A DNA stretch of 64,000 nt from contig CM022676.1 in NCBI GenBank assembly GCA_012295275.1, positions 18,538,001-18,602,000 on the forward strand. Direction: 5' to 3'. Shown piece by piece: positions 63,851-64,000 of the stretch. A model generated the notes under the pieces. It saw nothing but the letters and a program-made list of their open reading frames with translations. It made no database searches and was not told the origin of the DNA. Numbering within the stretch: position 1 is the stretch's first letter; each line of letters starts with the position of its first letter. Both the position numbers and the translations under genes were made by a program. Source of the stretch: Chrysomallon squamiferum. Taxonomy: Eukaryota > Animalia > Mollusca.

Positions 63851-64000
63851 TGTATGTATGCATGTCTGAACATATATTTTTTTTTTGTCTGTGTGTCTGT
63901 TTCTCTGTATGTTCCTGTATATTAGCAAACGTTTATTTGTGAGCACAAATGTGCAAGTATTTTTCTCTGAATTTGTAAGTGTTTATATATATATGAGAAA

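Overview
This is AT-rich, microsatellite-dense eukaryotic DNA from an invertebrate animal. It looks mollusc-like, but the taxon is only inferred. One protein-coding gene is clear: a minus-strand BTB-BACK-PHR gene (BTBD1/2/3/6-like) with coding exons 28730-28474 and 28215-27153. It has an in-frame TAA at 27296-27294, 46 codons before the conserved PHR C-terminus (GQIPALLFLV*). Its 5' promoter/UTR-exon module appears three times (about 28.9-29.8 kb, 30.2-32.2 kb and 44-1928), which suggests a tandem paralog array. Mobile-element debris includes a Gypsy pol remnant, an L1/Tx1-type LINE RT remnant, two copies of a pogo/Tc1-like MITE, a hAT MITE with an 8-bp TSD and a pogo remnant. A degraded ORF at 1.9-2.5 kb resembles viral/Polinton VLTF3 and sits next to a tRNA-like Pol III cassette. 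There is a diverged nested tandem array at 17.7-23 kb and several minisatellites. From about 40.3 kb onward the window looks like the promoter, non-coding first exons and long introns of a large + strand gene. I see no CRISPR array, no prokaryotic operon and no confidently novel multi-gene system. Nearly all other listed ORFs are microsatellite artefacts.
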